Of a stretch of DNA of 64,000 nt, positions 37,801-52,800 are shown one piece after another. Every line of letters starts with the position of its first letter. The first letter of the stretch is position 1. The DNA comes from Eledone cirrhosa (taxonomy: Eukaryota). The translations under genes were made by a program, and so were the position numbers. The notes under the pieces were generated by a model. It had not been told where the DNA came from, did not search any database, and worked only from the letters and a program-made list of their open reading frames with translations. The stretch lies in contig OZ024740.1 of NCBI GenBank assembly GCA_964016885.1, forward strand, positions 407,154,001 through 407,218,000. The letters run 5' to 3'.

Positions 37801-40800
37801 TAGCAATGTGGGTCACTGACAAGACACTAAATAGCAATGTGGCCCACTGACAAGACACTGAATAGCAATGTGGCTCACTGACAATATACTACATAGCAAT
37901 GTGGCCCACTGACAAGACGCTACATAGCAATGTGGCCCACTGACAAGACACTGAATAGCAATGTGGCCCACTGACAAGACACTGAATATCAATGTGACCC
38001 ACTGACAAGACACTACATAGCAATGTGGCCCACTGACAAGACACTGAATAGCAATGTGGCCCACTGACAAGACACTGAATAGCAATGTGGCCCACTGAGA
38101 AGACACTACATAGCAATGTGGCCCACTGACAAGACACTCAATAGCAATGTGGCCCACTGACAAGACACTACATAGCAATGTGGCCCACTGACAAGACACT
38201 CAATAGCAATGTGGCCCACTGACAAGACACTGAATAGCAATGTGGCCCACTGAGAAGACACTACATAGCAATGTGGCCCACTGACAAGACACTACATAAC
38301 AATGTGGCCCACTGACAAGACACTACATAACAATGTGGCCCACTGACAAGACACTACATAGCAATGTGTCCCACTGACAAGACACTGAATAGCAATGTGG
38401 CCCACTGACAATACACTGCATAGCAATGTGGCCCACTGACAAGACACTACATAGATATGTGGCCCACTGACAAGACACTACATAGTAATGTGTGTCACTG
38501 ACAAGACACTGAATAGCAATGTGGCCCACTGATAAGACACTACATAGCAATGTGGGTCACTGACAAGACACTGAATAGCAATGTGGCCCACTGACAAGAC
38601 ACTACATAGCAATGTGGCCCACTGACAAGACACTGAAAAGCAATGGGGCCACTGATAAGACACTGAATAGCAATGTGTCCCACTGACAAGACACTATGTC
38701 GCAACGTGGCCCACTGGCAAGACACTGATTAGCAATGTGGCCCACTGACAAGACACTGAATAGCAATGTGGCTCACTGACAATACACTACATAGCAATGT
38801 GGCCCACTGAGAAGACACTGCATAGCAATGTGGGCCACTGACAAGACACTGAATAGCAATGTGGCTCACTGACAAGACATTGAATAGCAATGTGGCCCAC
38901 TGACAAGACACTACATAGCAATGTGGCCCACTGACAAGACACTACATAGCAATGTGGTCCACTGACAAGACACTGAATAGCAATGTGGGTCACTGACAAG
39001 ACACTGAATAGCAATGTGGCCCACTATCAAGACACTGAATAGCAATGTGGCCCACTGAGAAGACACTAGATAGCAATGTGGCCCACTGACAAGACACTGA
39101 ATAGCAACGTGGCCAACAGACAAGACACTACATAGCAATGTGGCCCACTGAGGAGACACTAAATAGCAATGTGGCCCACTGACAAGACACTGCATAGCAA
39201 TGTGGCCCACTGCAAGACACTGAATAGCAATGTGGCCCACTGACTAGACACTACATAGCAATGTGGCCCACTGACAAGACACTGAATAGCAATGTGGCCC
39301 ACTGACAAGACACTGAATAGCAATGAGGCCCACTGACAAGACACTGCATAGCAATGTGGCCCACTGGCAAGACACTACATAGCAATGTGGCCCACTGACA
39401 AGACACTACATAGCAATGTGGCCCACTGACAAAACACTACATAGCAATGTGGCCCACTGATAAGACACTACATAACAATGTGGCCCACTGACAAGACACT
39501 ACATAGCAATGTGGCCCACTGATAAGACACTGAATAGCAATGTGGCCCACTGACAAGACACTGAATAGCAATGTGGCCCACTGACAAGACACTGCATAGC
39601 AATGTGGCCCACTGACAAGACACTACATAGCAATGTGGCCCACTGACAAGATGTTGAATAGCAATGTGGCCTACTGACAAGACACTACATAGCAATGTGG
39701 CCCACTCACAAGATGCTGAATAGCAATGTGGCCCACTGACAAGACACTACATAGCAATGTGGCCCACTGACAAGACACTGAATAGCAATGTGGCCCACTG
39801 ACAAGACACTGAATAGCAATGTGGCCCACTGACAAGACACTGAATAGCAATGTGGCCCACTAACAAGACACTACATAGCAATGTGGCTCACTGATAAGAC
39901 ACTGAATAGCAATGTGACAGACTGACAAGACACTGAATAGCAATGTGACAGACTGACAAGACACTGAATAGCAATGGGGCCCACTGACAAGACACTGAAT
40001 AGCAATGTGACAGACTGACAAGACACTGAATAGCAATGTGACAGACTGACAAGACACTGAATAGCAATGTGGCTCACTGACAAGATACTACATAGCAACG
40101 TGGCCGAGAGACAAGACACGGAATAGCTATGTGGTCCACTGACAAGACGCTACATAGCAATGTGGCCCACTGACAAGACACTACATAGCAATGTGGCCCA
40201 CTGACAAGACACAGAATAGCAATGTGGCCTACTGACAAGACACTGAATAGCAATGTGGCTCACTGACAAGATACTACATAGCAATGTGGCCGAGAGACAA
40301 GACACGGAATAGCAATGAGGCCCACTGACAAGACGCTACATAGCAATGTGGCCCAATGACAAGACACTACCTAGCAATGTGACCCACTGACAAGACACTG
40401 AATAGCAATGTGGCCCACTGACAAGACACTGAATAGCAATGTGGCCCACTAACAAGACACTACATAGCAATGTGGCTCACTGACAAGACACTGAATAGCA
40501 ATGTGGCTCACTGACAAGATACTACATAGCAATGTGGCCGAGAGACAAGACACTGAATAGCAATGTGGCCCACAGACAAGACACTGAATAGCAATGTGGC
40601 CCACTGACAAGACACTGAATAGCAATGTGGCCCACTGACAAGACACTACATAGCAATGTGGCTCACTGACAAGACACTGAATAGCAATGTGGCTCACTGA
40701 CAAGATACTACATAGCAATGTGGCCGAGAGACAAGACACTGAATAGCAATGTGGCCCAAAGACAAGACACTGAATAGCAATGTGGCCCACTGACAAGACA

Positions 40801-43800
40801 CTGAATAGCAATGTGGCCCACTGACAAGACACTGAATAGCAATATGGCCCACTGAGAAGACACTGAATAGCAATGTGGCCCACTGACAAAACACTACATA
40901 GCAATGTAGCCCACTGACAAGACACTACATAGCAATGTGGCCCACTGACAAGACACTGAATAGCAATGTGGCCCACTGACAAGACACTACATAGCAATAT
41001 GGCCCACTGACAAGACACTACATAGCAATCTGGCCCACTGACAAGACACTACATAGCAATGTGGCCCACTGACAAGACACTACATAACAATGTGGCCCAC
41101 TGACAAGACACTACATAACAATGTGGCCCACTGACAAGACACTACATAGCAATGTGTCCCACTGACAAGACACTGAATAGCAATGTGGCCCACTGACAAG
41201 ACACTGAATAGCAATGGGGCCCACTGACAAGACAGTGAATAGCAATGTGGCCCACTGACAAGACACTGAATAGCAATGTGGCCCACTGACAAGACACTAC
41301 ATAGCAATATGGCCCACTGACAAGTCACTGAATCGCAATGTGGCCCACTGATAAGACACTAAATAGCAATGGGGCCCACTGATAAGACACTGAATAGCAA
41401 TGGGGCCCACTGATAAGACACTGAATAGCAATGTGGCCCACTGACAAGACACTACATAGCAATGTGGCCCACAGACAAGAAACTGAATAGCAATGTGGCC
41501 CACTGACAAGACACTGAATAGCAATGTGGCCCAGTGACATGACACTACATAGCAATGTGGCCCACTGGCAAGACACTGATTAGCACTGTGGCCCACTGAC
41601 AAGATGCTGAATAGCAATGTGACACACTGACAAGACACTGCATAGCAATGTGGCTCACTGACAAGACACTACATAGCAATGTGGCCCACTGACAAGACAC
41701 TACATAACAATGTGGCCCACTGACAAGACACTACATAACAATGTGACCCACTGACAAGACACTACATAACAATGTGGCCCACTGACAAGACACTACATAG
41801 CAAAGAGGCCCACTGACAAGACACTGAATAGCAATGTGGCCCACTGATAAGACACTGAATAGCAATGTGGCCCACTGACAAGACACTGAATAGCAATGTG
41901 GCCCATTGAAATGACACTACATAGCAATGTGGCCCACTGGCAAGACACTGATTAGCAATGTGGCCCACTGACAAGATGCTGAATAGCAATGTGACACACT
42001 GACAAGACACTGCATAGCAATGTGGCTCACTGACAAGACACTACATAGCAATGTGTCCCACTGACAAGACGCTACATAGCAACGTGGCCCACTGACAAGA
42101 CACTGAATAGCAATGTGACCCACTGACATGACACTACATAGCAATGTGGGTCACTGACAAGACACTGAATAGCAATGTGGCCCACTGACAAGACACTGAA
42201 TAGCAATGTGGCTCACTGACAATATACTACATAGCAATGTGGCCCACTGACAAGACGCTACATAGCAATGTGGCCCACTGACAAGACACTGAATAGCAAT
42301 GTGGCCCACTGACAAGACACTGAATAGCAATGTGACCCACTGACAAGACGCTACATAGCAATGTGGCCCACTGACAAGACACTGAATAGCAATGTGGCCC
42401 ACTGACAAGACACTGAATAGCAATGTGGCCCACTGAGAAGACACTACATAGCAATGTGGCCCACTGACAAGACCCTACATAGCAATGTGACACACTGACA
42501 AGACACTGAATAGCAATGTGGCCAACTGACAAGACACTGCATAGCAATGTGGCCCACTAACAAGACACTGAATAGCAATGTGGCCCATTGACAAGACACT
42601 ACATAGCAATGTGGCCTGCTGACAAGACACTGAATCGCAATGTGGCCCACTGACAAGACACTGAATAGCAATGTGGCCCACTGACAAGACACTACATAGC
42701 AATGTGGCCCACTGACAAGACACTCAATAGCAATGTGGCCCACTGACAAGACACTGAATAGCAATGTGGCCCACTGACATGACACTACATAGCAATGTGG
42801 CCCACTGACAAGACACTACATAACAATGTGGCCCACTGACAAGACACTACATAACAATGTGGCCCACTGACAAGACACTACATAGCAATGTGTCCCACTG
42901 ACAAGACACTGAATAGCAATGTGGCCCACTGACAATACACTGCATAGCAATGTGGCCCACTGACAAGACACTACATAGCAATGTGGCCCACTGACAAGAC
43001 ACTACATAGTAATGTGTGTCACTGACAAGACACTGAATAGCAATGTGGCCCACTGATAAGACACTACATAGCAATGTGGGTCACTGACAAGACACTGAAT
43101 AGCAATGTGGCCCACTGACAAGACACTACATAGCAATGTGGCCCACTGACAAGACACTGAATAGCAATGGGGCCACTGATAAGACACTGAATAGCAATGT
43201 GTCCCACTGACAAGACACTATGTCGCAACGTGGCCCACTGGCAAGACACTGATTAGCAATGTGGCCCACTGACAAGACACTGAATAGCAATGTGGCTCAC
43301 TGACAATACACTACATAGCAATGTGGCCCACTGAGAAGACACTGCATAGCAATGTGGGCCACTGACAAGACACTGAATAGCAATGTGGCTCACTGACAAG
43401 ACATTGAATAGCAATGTGGCCCACTGACAAGACACTACATAGCAATGTGGCCCACTGACAAGACACTACATAGCAATGTGGTCCACTGACAAGACACTGA
43501 ATAGCAATGTGGGTCACTGACAAGACACTGAATAGCAATGTGGCCCACTATCAAGACACTGAATAGCAATGTGGCCCACTGAGAAGACACTAGATAGCAA
43601 TGTGGCCCACTGACAAGACACTGAATAGCAACGTGGCCAACAGACAAGACACTACATAGCAATGTGGCCCACTGAGGAGACACTAAATAGCAATGTGGCC
43701 CACTGACAAGACACTGCATAGCAATGTGGCCCACTGCAAGACACTGAATAGCAATGTGGCCCACTGACTAGACACTACATAGCAATGTGGCCCACTGACA

Positions 43801-46800
43801 AGACACTGAATAGCAATGTGGCCCACTGACAAGACACTGAATAGCAATGAGGCCCACTGACAAGACACTGCATAGCAATGTGGCCCACTGGCAAGACACT
43901 ACATAGCAATGTGGCCCACTGACAAGACACTACATAGCAATGTGGCCCACTGACAAGACACTACATAGCAATGTGGCCCACTGACAAGACACTACATAGC
44001 AATGTGGCCCACTGATAAGACACTGAATAGCAATGTGGCCCACTGACAAGACACTGAATAGCAATGTGGCCCACTGACAAGACACTGCATAGCAATGTGG
44101 CCCACTGACAAGACACTACATAGCAATGTGGCCCACTGACAAGATGTTGAATAGCAATGTGGCCTACTGACAAGACACTACATAGCAATGTGGCCAACTG
44201 ACAAGATGCTGAATAGCAATGTGGCCCACTGACAAGACACTACATAGCAATGTGGCCCACTGACAAGACACTGAATAGCAATGTGGCCCACTGACAAGAC
44301 ACTGAATAGCAATGTGGCCCACTGACAAGACACTGAATAGCAATGTGGCCCACTAACAAGACACTACATAGCAATGTGGCTCACTGATAAGACACTGAAT
44401 AGCAATGTGACAGACTGACAAGACACTGAATAGCAATGTGACAGACTGACAAGACACTGAATAGCAATGTGGCCCACTGACAAGACACTGAATAGCAATG
44501 TGACAGACTGACAAGACACTGAATAGCAATGTGACAGACTGACAAGACACTGAATAGCAATGTGGCTCACTGACAAGATACTACATAGCAACGTGGCCGA
44601 GAGACAAGACACGGAATAGCTATGTGGTCCACTGACAAGACGCTACATAGCAATGTGGCCCACTGACAAGACACTACATAGCAATGTGGCCCACTGACAA
44701 GACACAGAATAGCAATGTGGCCTACTGACAAGACACTGAATAGCAATGTGGCTCACTGACAAGATACTACATAGCAATGTGGCCGAGAGACAAGACACGG
44801 AATAGCAATGAGGCCCACTGACAAGACGCTACATAGCAATGTGGCCCAATGACAAGACACTACCTAGCAATGTGACCCACTGACAAGACACTGAATAGCA
44901 ATGTGGCCCACTGACAAGACACTGAATAGCAATGTGGCCCACTAACAAGACACTACATAGCAATGTGGCTCACTGACAAGACACTGAATAGCAATGTGGC
45001 TCACTGACAAGATACTACATAGCAATGTGGCCGAGAGACAAGACACTGAATAGCAATGTGGCCCACAGACAAGACACTGAATAGCAATGTGGCCCACTGA
45101 CAAGACACTGAATAGCAATGTGGCCCACTGACAAGACACTGAATAGCAATATGGCCCACTGAGAAGACACTGAATAGCAATGTGGCCCACTGACAAAACA
45201 CTACATAGCAATGTGGCCCACTGACAAGACACTGAATAGCAATGTGGCCCACTGACAAGACACTACATAGCAATATGGCCCACTGACAAGACACTACATA
45301 GCAATCTGGCCCACTGACAAGACACTACATACCAATGTGGCCCACTGACAAGACACTACATAACAATGTGGCCCACTGACAAGACACTACATAACAATGT
45401 GGCCCACTGACAAGACACTACATAGCAATGTGTCCCACTGACAAGACACTGAATAGCAATGTGGCCCACTGACAAGACACTGAATAGCAATGGGGCCCAC
45501 TGACAAGACAGTGAATAGCAATGTGGCCCACTGACAAGACACTGAATAGCAATGTGGCCCACTGACAAGACACTACATAGCAATATGGCCCACTGACAAG
45601 TCACTGAATAGCAATGTGGCCCACTGATAAGACACTAAATAGCAATGGGGCCCACTGATAAGACACTGAATAGCAATGGGGCCCACTGATAAGACACTGA
45701 ATAGCAATGTGGCCCACTGACAAGATACTACATAGCAATGTGGCCCACAGACAAGAAACTGAATAGCAATGTGGCCCACTGACAAGACACTGAATAGCAA
45801 TGTGGCCCACTGACATGACACTACATAGCAATGTGGCCCACTGGCAAGACACTGATTAGCAATGTGGCCCACTGACAAGATGCTGAATAGCAATGTGACA
45901 CACTGACAAGACACTGCATAGCAATGTGGCTCACTGACAAGACACTACATAGAAATGTGGCCCACTGACAAGACACTACATAACAATGTGGCCCACTGAC
46001 AAGACACTACATAACAATGTGGCCCACTGACAAGACACTACATAACAATGTGGCCCACTGACAAGACACTACATAGCAATGAGGCCCACTGACAAGACAC
46101 TGAATAGCAATGTGGCCCACTGATAAGACACTGAATAGCAATGTGGCCCACTGACAAGACACTGAATAGCAATGTGGCCCACTGACATGACACTACATAG
46201 CAATGTGGCCCACTGGCAAGACACTTATTAGCAATGTGGCCCACTGACAAGATGCTGAATAGCAATGTGACACACTGACAAGACACTGCATAGCAATGTG
46301 GCTCACTGACAAGACACTACATAGCAATGTGGCCCACTGACAAGACGCTACATAGCAATGTGGCCCACTGACAAGACACTGAATAGCAATGTGGCCCACT
46401 GACAAGACACTGAATAGCAATGTGACCCACTGACATGACACTACATAGCAATGTGGGTCACTGACAAGACACTGAATAGCAATGTGGCCCACTGACAAGA
46501 CACTGAATAGCAATGTGGCTCACTGACAATATACTACATAGCAATGTGGCCCACTGACAAGACGCTACATAGCAATGTGGCCCACTGACAAGACACTGAA
46601 TAGCAATGTGGCCCACTGACAAGACATTGAATAGCAATGTGACCCACTGACAAGACACTACATAGCAATGTGGCCCACTGACAAGACACTGAATAGCAAT
46701 GTGGCCCACTGACAAGACACTGAATAGCAATGTGGCCCACTGAGAAGACACTACATAGCAATGTGGCCCACTGACAAGACCCTACATAGCAATGTGACAC

Positions 46801-49800
46801 ACTGACAAGACACTGAATAGCAATGTGGCCAACTGACAAGACACTACATAGCAATGTGGCCCACTAACAAGACACTGAATAGCAATGTGGCCCATTGACA
46901 AGACACTACATAGCAATGTGGCCTGCTGACAAGACACTGAATCGCAATGTGGCCCACTGACAAGACACTGAATAGCAATGTGGCCCACTGACAAGACACT
47001 ACATAGCAATGTGGCCCACTGACAAGACACTCAATAGCAATGTGGCCCACTGACAAGACACTGAATAGCAATGTGTCCCACTGACAAGACACTACATAGC
47101 AATGTGGCCCACTGACAAGACACTACATAACAATGTGGCCCACTGACAAGACACTACATAGCAATGTGTCCCACTGACAAGACACTGAATAGCAATGTGG
47201 CCCACTGACAAGACACTACATAGCAATGTGGCCCACTGACAAGACACTACATAACAATGTGGCCCACTGACAAGACACTGCATAGCAATGTGGCCCACTG
47301 ACAAGACACTACATAGCAATGTGGCCCACTGACAAGACACTACATAGCAATGTGTGTCACTGACAAGACACTGAATAGCAATGTGGCCCACTGATGAGAC
47401 ACTACATAGCAATGTGGGTCACTGACAAGACACTGAATAGCAATGTGGCCCACTGGCAAGACACTGATTAGCAATGTGGCCCACTGACAAGACACTGAAT
47501 AGCAATGTGGTTCACTGACAATACACTACATAGCAATGTGGCCCACTGAGAAGACACTGCATAGCAATGTGGGCCACTGACAAGACACTGAATAGCAATG
47601 TGGCTCACTGACAAGACATTGAATAGCAATGTGGCCCACTGACAAGACACTACATAGCAATGAGGCCCACTGACAAGACACTGAATAGCAATGTGGCCCA
47701 CTGATAAGACACTGAATAGCAATGTGGCCCACTGACAAGACACTGAATAGCAATGTGGCCCACTGACATGACACTACATAGCAATGTGGCCCACTGGCAA
47801 GACACTGATTAGCAATGTGGCCCACTGACAAGATGCTGAATAGCAATGTGACACACTGACAAGACACTGCATAGCAATGTGGCTCACTGACAAGACACTA
47901 CATAGCAATGTGGCCCACTGACAAGACGCTACATAGCAATGTGGCCCACTGACAAGACACTGAATAGCAATGTGGCCCACTGACAAGACACTGAATAGCA
48001 ATGTGACCCACTGACATGACACTACATAGCAATGTGGGTCACTGACAAGACACTGAATAGCAATGTGGCCCACTGACAAGACACTGAATAGCAATGTGGC
48101 TCACTGACAATATACTACATAGCAATGTGGCCCACTGACAAGACGCTACATAGCAATGTGGCCCACTGACAAGACACTGAATAGCAATGTGGCCCACTGA
48201 CAAGACACTGAATAGCAATGTGGCCCACTGAGAAGACACTACATAGCAATGTGGCCCACTGACAAGACCCTACATAGCAATGTGACACACTGACAAGACA
48301 CTGAATAGCAATGTGGCCAACTGACAAGACACTACATAGCAATGTGGCCCACTAACAAGACACTGAATAGCAATGTGGCCCATTGACAAGACACTACATA
48401 GCAATGTGGCCTGCTGACAAGACACTGAATCGCAATGTGGCCCACTGACAAGACACTGAATAGCAATGTGGCCCACTGACAAGACACTACATAGCAATGT
48501 GGCCCACTGACAAGACACTCAATAGCAATGTGGCCCACTGACAAGACACTGAATAGCAATGTGGCCCACTGACAAGACACTACATAGCAATGTGGCCCAC
48601 TGACAAGACACTACATAACAATGTGGCCCACTGACAAGACACTACATAACAATGTGGCCCACTGACAAGACACTACATAGCAATGTGTCCCACTGACAAG
48701 ACACTGAATAGCAATGTGGCCCACTGACAAGACACTGCATAGCAATGTGGCCCACTGACAAGACACTACATAGCAATGTGGCCCACTGACAAGACACTAC
48801 ATAGCAATGTGTGTCACTGACAAGACACTGAATAGCAATGTGGCCCACTGATGAGACACTACATAGCAATGTGGGTCACTGACAAGACACTGAATAGCAA
48901 TGTGGCCCACTGGCAAGACACTGATTAGCAATGTGGCCCACTGACAAGACACTGAATAGCAATGTGGTTCACTGACAATACACTACATAGCAATGTGGCC
49001 CACTGAGAAGACACTGCATAGCAATGTGGGCCACTGACAAGACACTGAATAGCAATGTGGCTCACTGACAAGACATTGAATAGCAATGTGGCCCACTGAC
49101 AAGACACTACATAGCAATGTGGCCCACTGACAAGACACTACATAGCAATGTGGTCCACTGACAAGACACTGAATAGCAATGTGGGTCACTGACAAGACAC
49201 TGAATAGCAATGTGGCCCACTGACAAGACACTGAATAGCAATGTGGCCCACTGACAAGACACTAGATAGCAATGTGGCCCACTGACAAGACACTGAATAG
49301 CAACGTGGCCAACAGACAAGACACTACATAGCAATGTGGCCCACTGAGGAGACACTAAATAGCAATGTGGCCCACTGCAAGACACTGAATAGCAATGTGG
49401 CCCACTGACTAGACACTACATAGCAATGTGGCCCACTGACAAGACACTGAATAGCAATGTGGCCCACTGACAAGACACTGAATAGCAATGTGGCCCACTG
49501 ACAAGACACTGAATAGCAATGTGGCCCACTGACAAGACACTGAATAGCAATGTGGCCCACTGACAAGACACTGAATAGCAATGAGGCCCACTGACAAGAC
49601 ACTGCATAGCAATGTGGCCCACTGGCAAGACACTACATAGCAATGTGGCCCACTGACAAGACACTACATAGCAATGTGGCCCACTGACAAGACACTACAT
49701 AGCAATGTGGCCCACTGATAAGACACTACATAACAATGTGGCCCACTGACAAGACACTACATAGCAATGTGGCCCACTGATAAGACACTGAATAGCAATG

Positions 49801-52800
49801 TGGCCCACTGACAAGACACTGAATAGCAATGTGGCCCACTGACAAGACACTGCATAGCAATGTGGCCCACTGACAAGACACTACATAGCAATGTGGCCCA
49901 CTGACAAGATGTTGAATAGCAATGTGGCCTACTGACAAGACACTACATAGCAATGTGGCCCACTGACAAGATGCTGAATAGCAATGTGGCCCACTGACAA
50001 GACACTACATAGCAATGTGGCCCACTGACAAGACACTGAATAGCAATGTGGCCCACTGACAAGACACTGAATAGCAATGTGGCCCACTGACAAGACACTG
50101 AATAGCAATGTGGCCCACTAATAAGACACTACATAGCAACGTGGCTCACTGACAAGACACTGAATAGCAATGTGACAGACTGACAAGACACTGAATAGCA
50201 ATGTGACAGACTGACAAGACACTGAATAGCAATGTGGCCCACTGACAAGACACTGAATAGCAATGTGACAGACTAACAAGACACTGACTAGCAATGTGAC
50301 AGACTGACAAGACACTGAATAGCAATGTGGCTCACTGACAAGATACTACATAGCAACGTGGCCGAGAGACAAGACACGGAATAGCTATGTGGTCCACTGA
50401 CAAGACGCTACATAGCAATGTGGCCCACTGACAAGACACTACATAGCAATGTGGCCCACTGACAAGACACAGAATAGCAATGTGGCCTACTGACAAGACA
50501 CTGAATAGCAATGTGGCTCACTGACAAGATACTACATAGCAATGTGGCCGAGAGACAAGACACGGAATAGCAATGAGGCCCACTGACAAGACGCTACATA
50601 GCAATGTGGCCCAATGACAAGACACTACCTAGCAATGTGACCCACTGACAAGACACTGAATAGCAATGTGGCCCACTGACAAGACACTGAATAGCAATGT
50701 GGCCCACTAACAAGACACTACATAGCAATGTGGCTCACTGACAAGACACTGAATAGCAATGTGGCTCACTGACAAGATACTACATAGCAATGTGGCCGAG
50801 AGACAAGACACTGAATAGCAATGTGGCCCACAGACAAGACACTGAATAGCAACGTGGCCCACTGACAAGACACTGAATAGCAATGTGGCCCACTGACAAG
50901 ACACTGAATAGCAATATGGCCCACTGAGAAGACACTGAATAGCAATGTGGCCCACTGACAAAACACTACATAGCAATGTAGCCCACTGACAAGACACTAC
51001 ATAGCAATCTGGCCCACTGACAAGACACTACATAGCAATGTGGCCCACTGACAAGACACTACATAACAATGTGGCCCACTGACAAGACACTACATAACAA
51101 TGTGGCCCACTGACAAGACACTACATAGCAATGTGTCCCACTGACTAGACACTGAATAGCAATGGGGCCCACTGACAAGACACTGAATAGCAATGGGGCC
51201 CACTGACAAGACAGTGAATAGCAATGTGGCCCACTGACAAGACACTGAATAGCAATGTGGCCCACTGACAAGACACTACATAGCAATATGGCCCACTGAC
51301 AAGTCACTGAATAGCAATGTGGTCCACTGATAAGACACTAAATTGCAATGGGGCCCACTGATAAGACACTGAATAGCAATGGGGCCCACTGATAAGACAC
51401 TGAATAGCAATGTGGCCCACTGACAAGACACTACATAGCAATGTGGCCCACAGACAAGAAACTGAATAGCAATGTGGCCCATTGACAAGACACTGAATAG
51501 CAATGTGGCCCACTGACATGACACTACATAGCAATGTGGCCCACTGGCAAGACACTGATTAGCAATGTGGCCCACTGACAAGACACTGAATAGCAATGTG
51601 GCTCACTTACAAGACACTACATAACAATGTGGCCCACTGACAAGACACTGAATAGCAATGTGGCCCACTGACAAGACACTACATAGAAATATGGCCCACC
51701 GACAAGACACTACATAGCAATGTGGCCCACTGACAAGATGTTGAAAAGCAATGTGGCCCACTGACAAGACACTGCATAGCAATGTGGCCCACTGCAAGAC
51801 ACTGAATAGCAATATGGCCCACTGACAAGACACTACATAGCAATGTGGCCCACTGACAAGACACTACATAGCAATGTGGCCCACTGATAAGACACTACAT
51901 AACAATGTGGCCCACTGACAAGACACTACATAGCAATGTGGCCCACTGATAAGACACTGAATAGCAATGTGGCCCACTGACAAGAGACTGAATAGCAATG
52001 TGGCCCACTGACAAGACACTGCATAGCAATGTGGCCCACTGACAAGACACTACATAGCAATGTGGCCCACTGACAAGATGTTGAATAGCAATGTGGCCTA
52101 CTGACAAGACACTACATAGCAATGTGGCCCACTGACAAGATGTTGAATAGCAATGTGGCCCACTGACAAGACACTACATAGCAATGTGGCCCACTGACAA
52201 GACACTGAATAGCAATGTGGCCCACTGACAAGACACTGAATAGCAATGTGGCCGACTAACAAGACACTGAATAGCAATGTGGCCCACTAACAAGACACTA
52301 CATAGCAATGTGGCTCACTGACAAGACACTGAATAGCAATGTGACAGACTGACAAGACACTGAATAGCAATGTGACAGACTGACAAGACACTGAATAGCA
52401 ATGTGGCCCACTGACAAGACACTGAATAGCAATGTGACAGACTGACAAGACACTGAATAGCAATGTGACAGACTGACAAGACACTGAATAGCAATGTGTC
52501 TCACTGACAAGATACTACATAGCAACGTGGCCGAGAGACAAGACACGGAATAGCTATGTGGTCCACTGACAAGACGCTATATAGCAATGTGGCCCACTGA
52601 CAAGACACTACATAGCAATGTGGCCCACTGACAAGACACAGAATAGCAATGTGGCCTACTGACAAGACACTGAATAGCAATGTGGCTCTCTGACAAGATA
52701 CTACATAGCAATGTGGCCGAGAGACAAGACACGGAATAGCAATGTGGCCCACTGACAAGATGCTACATAGCAATGTGGCCCACTGACAAGACACTACCTA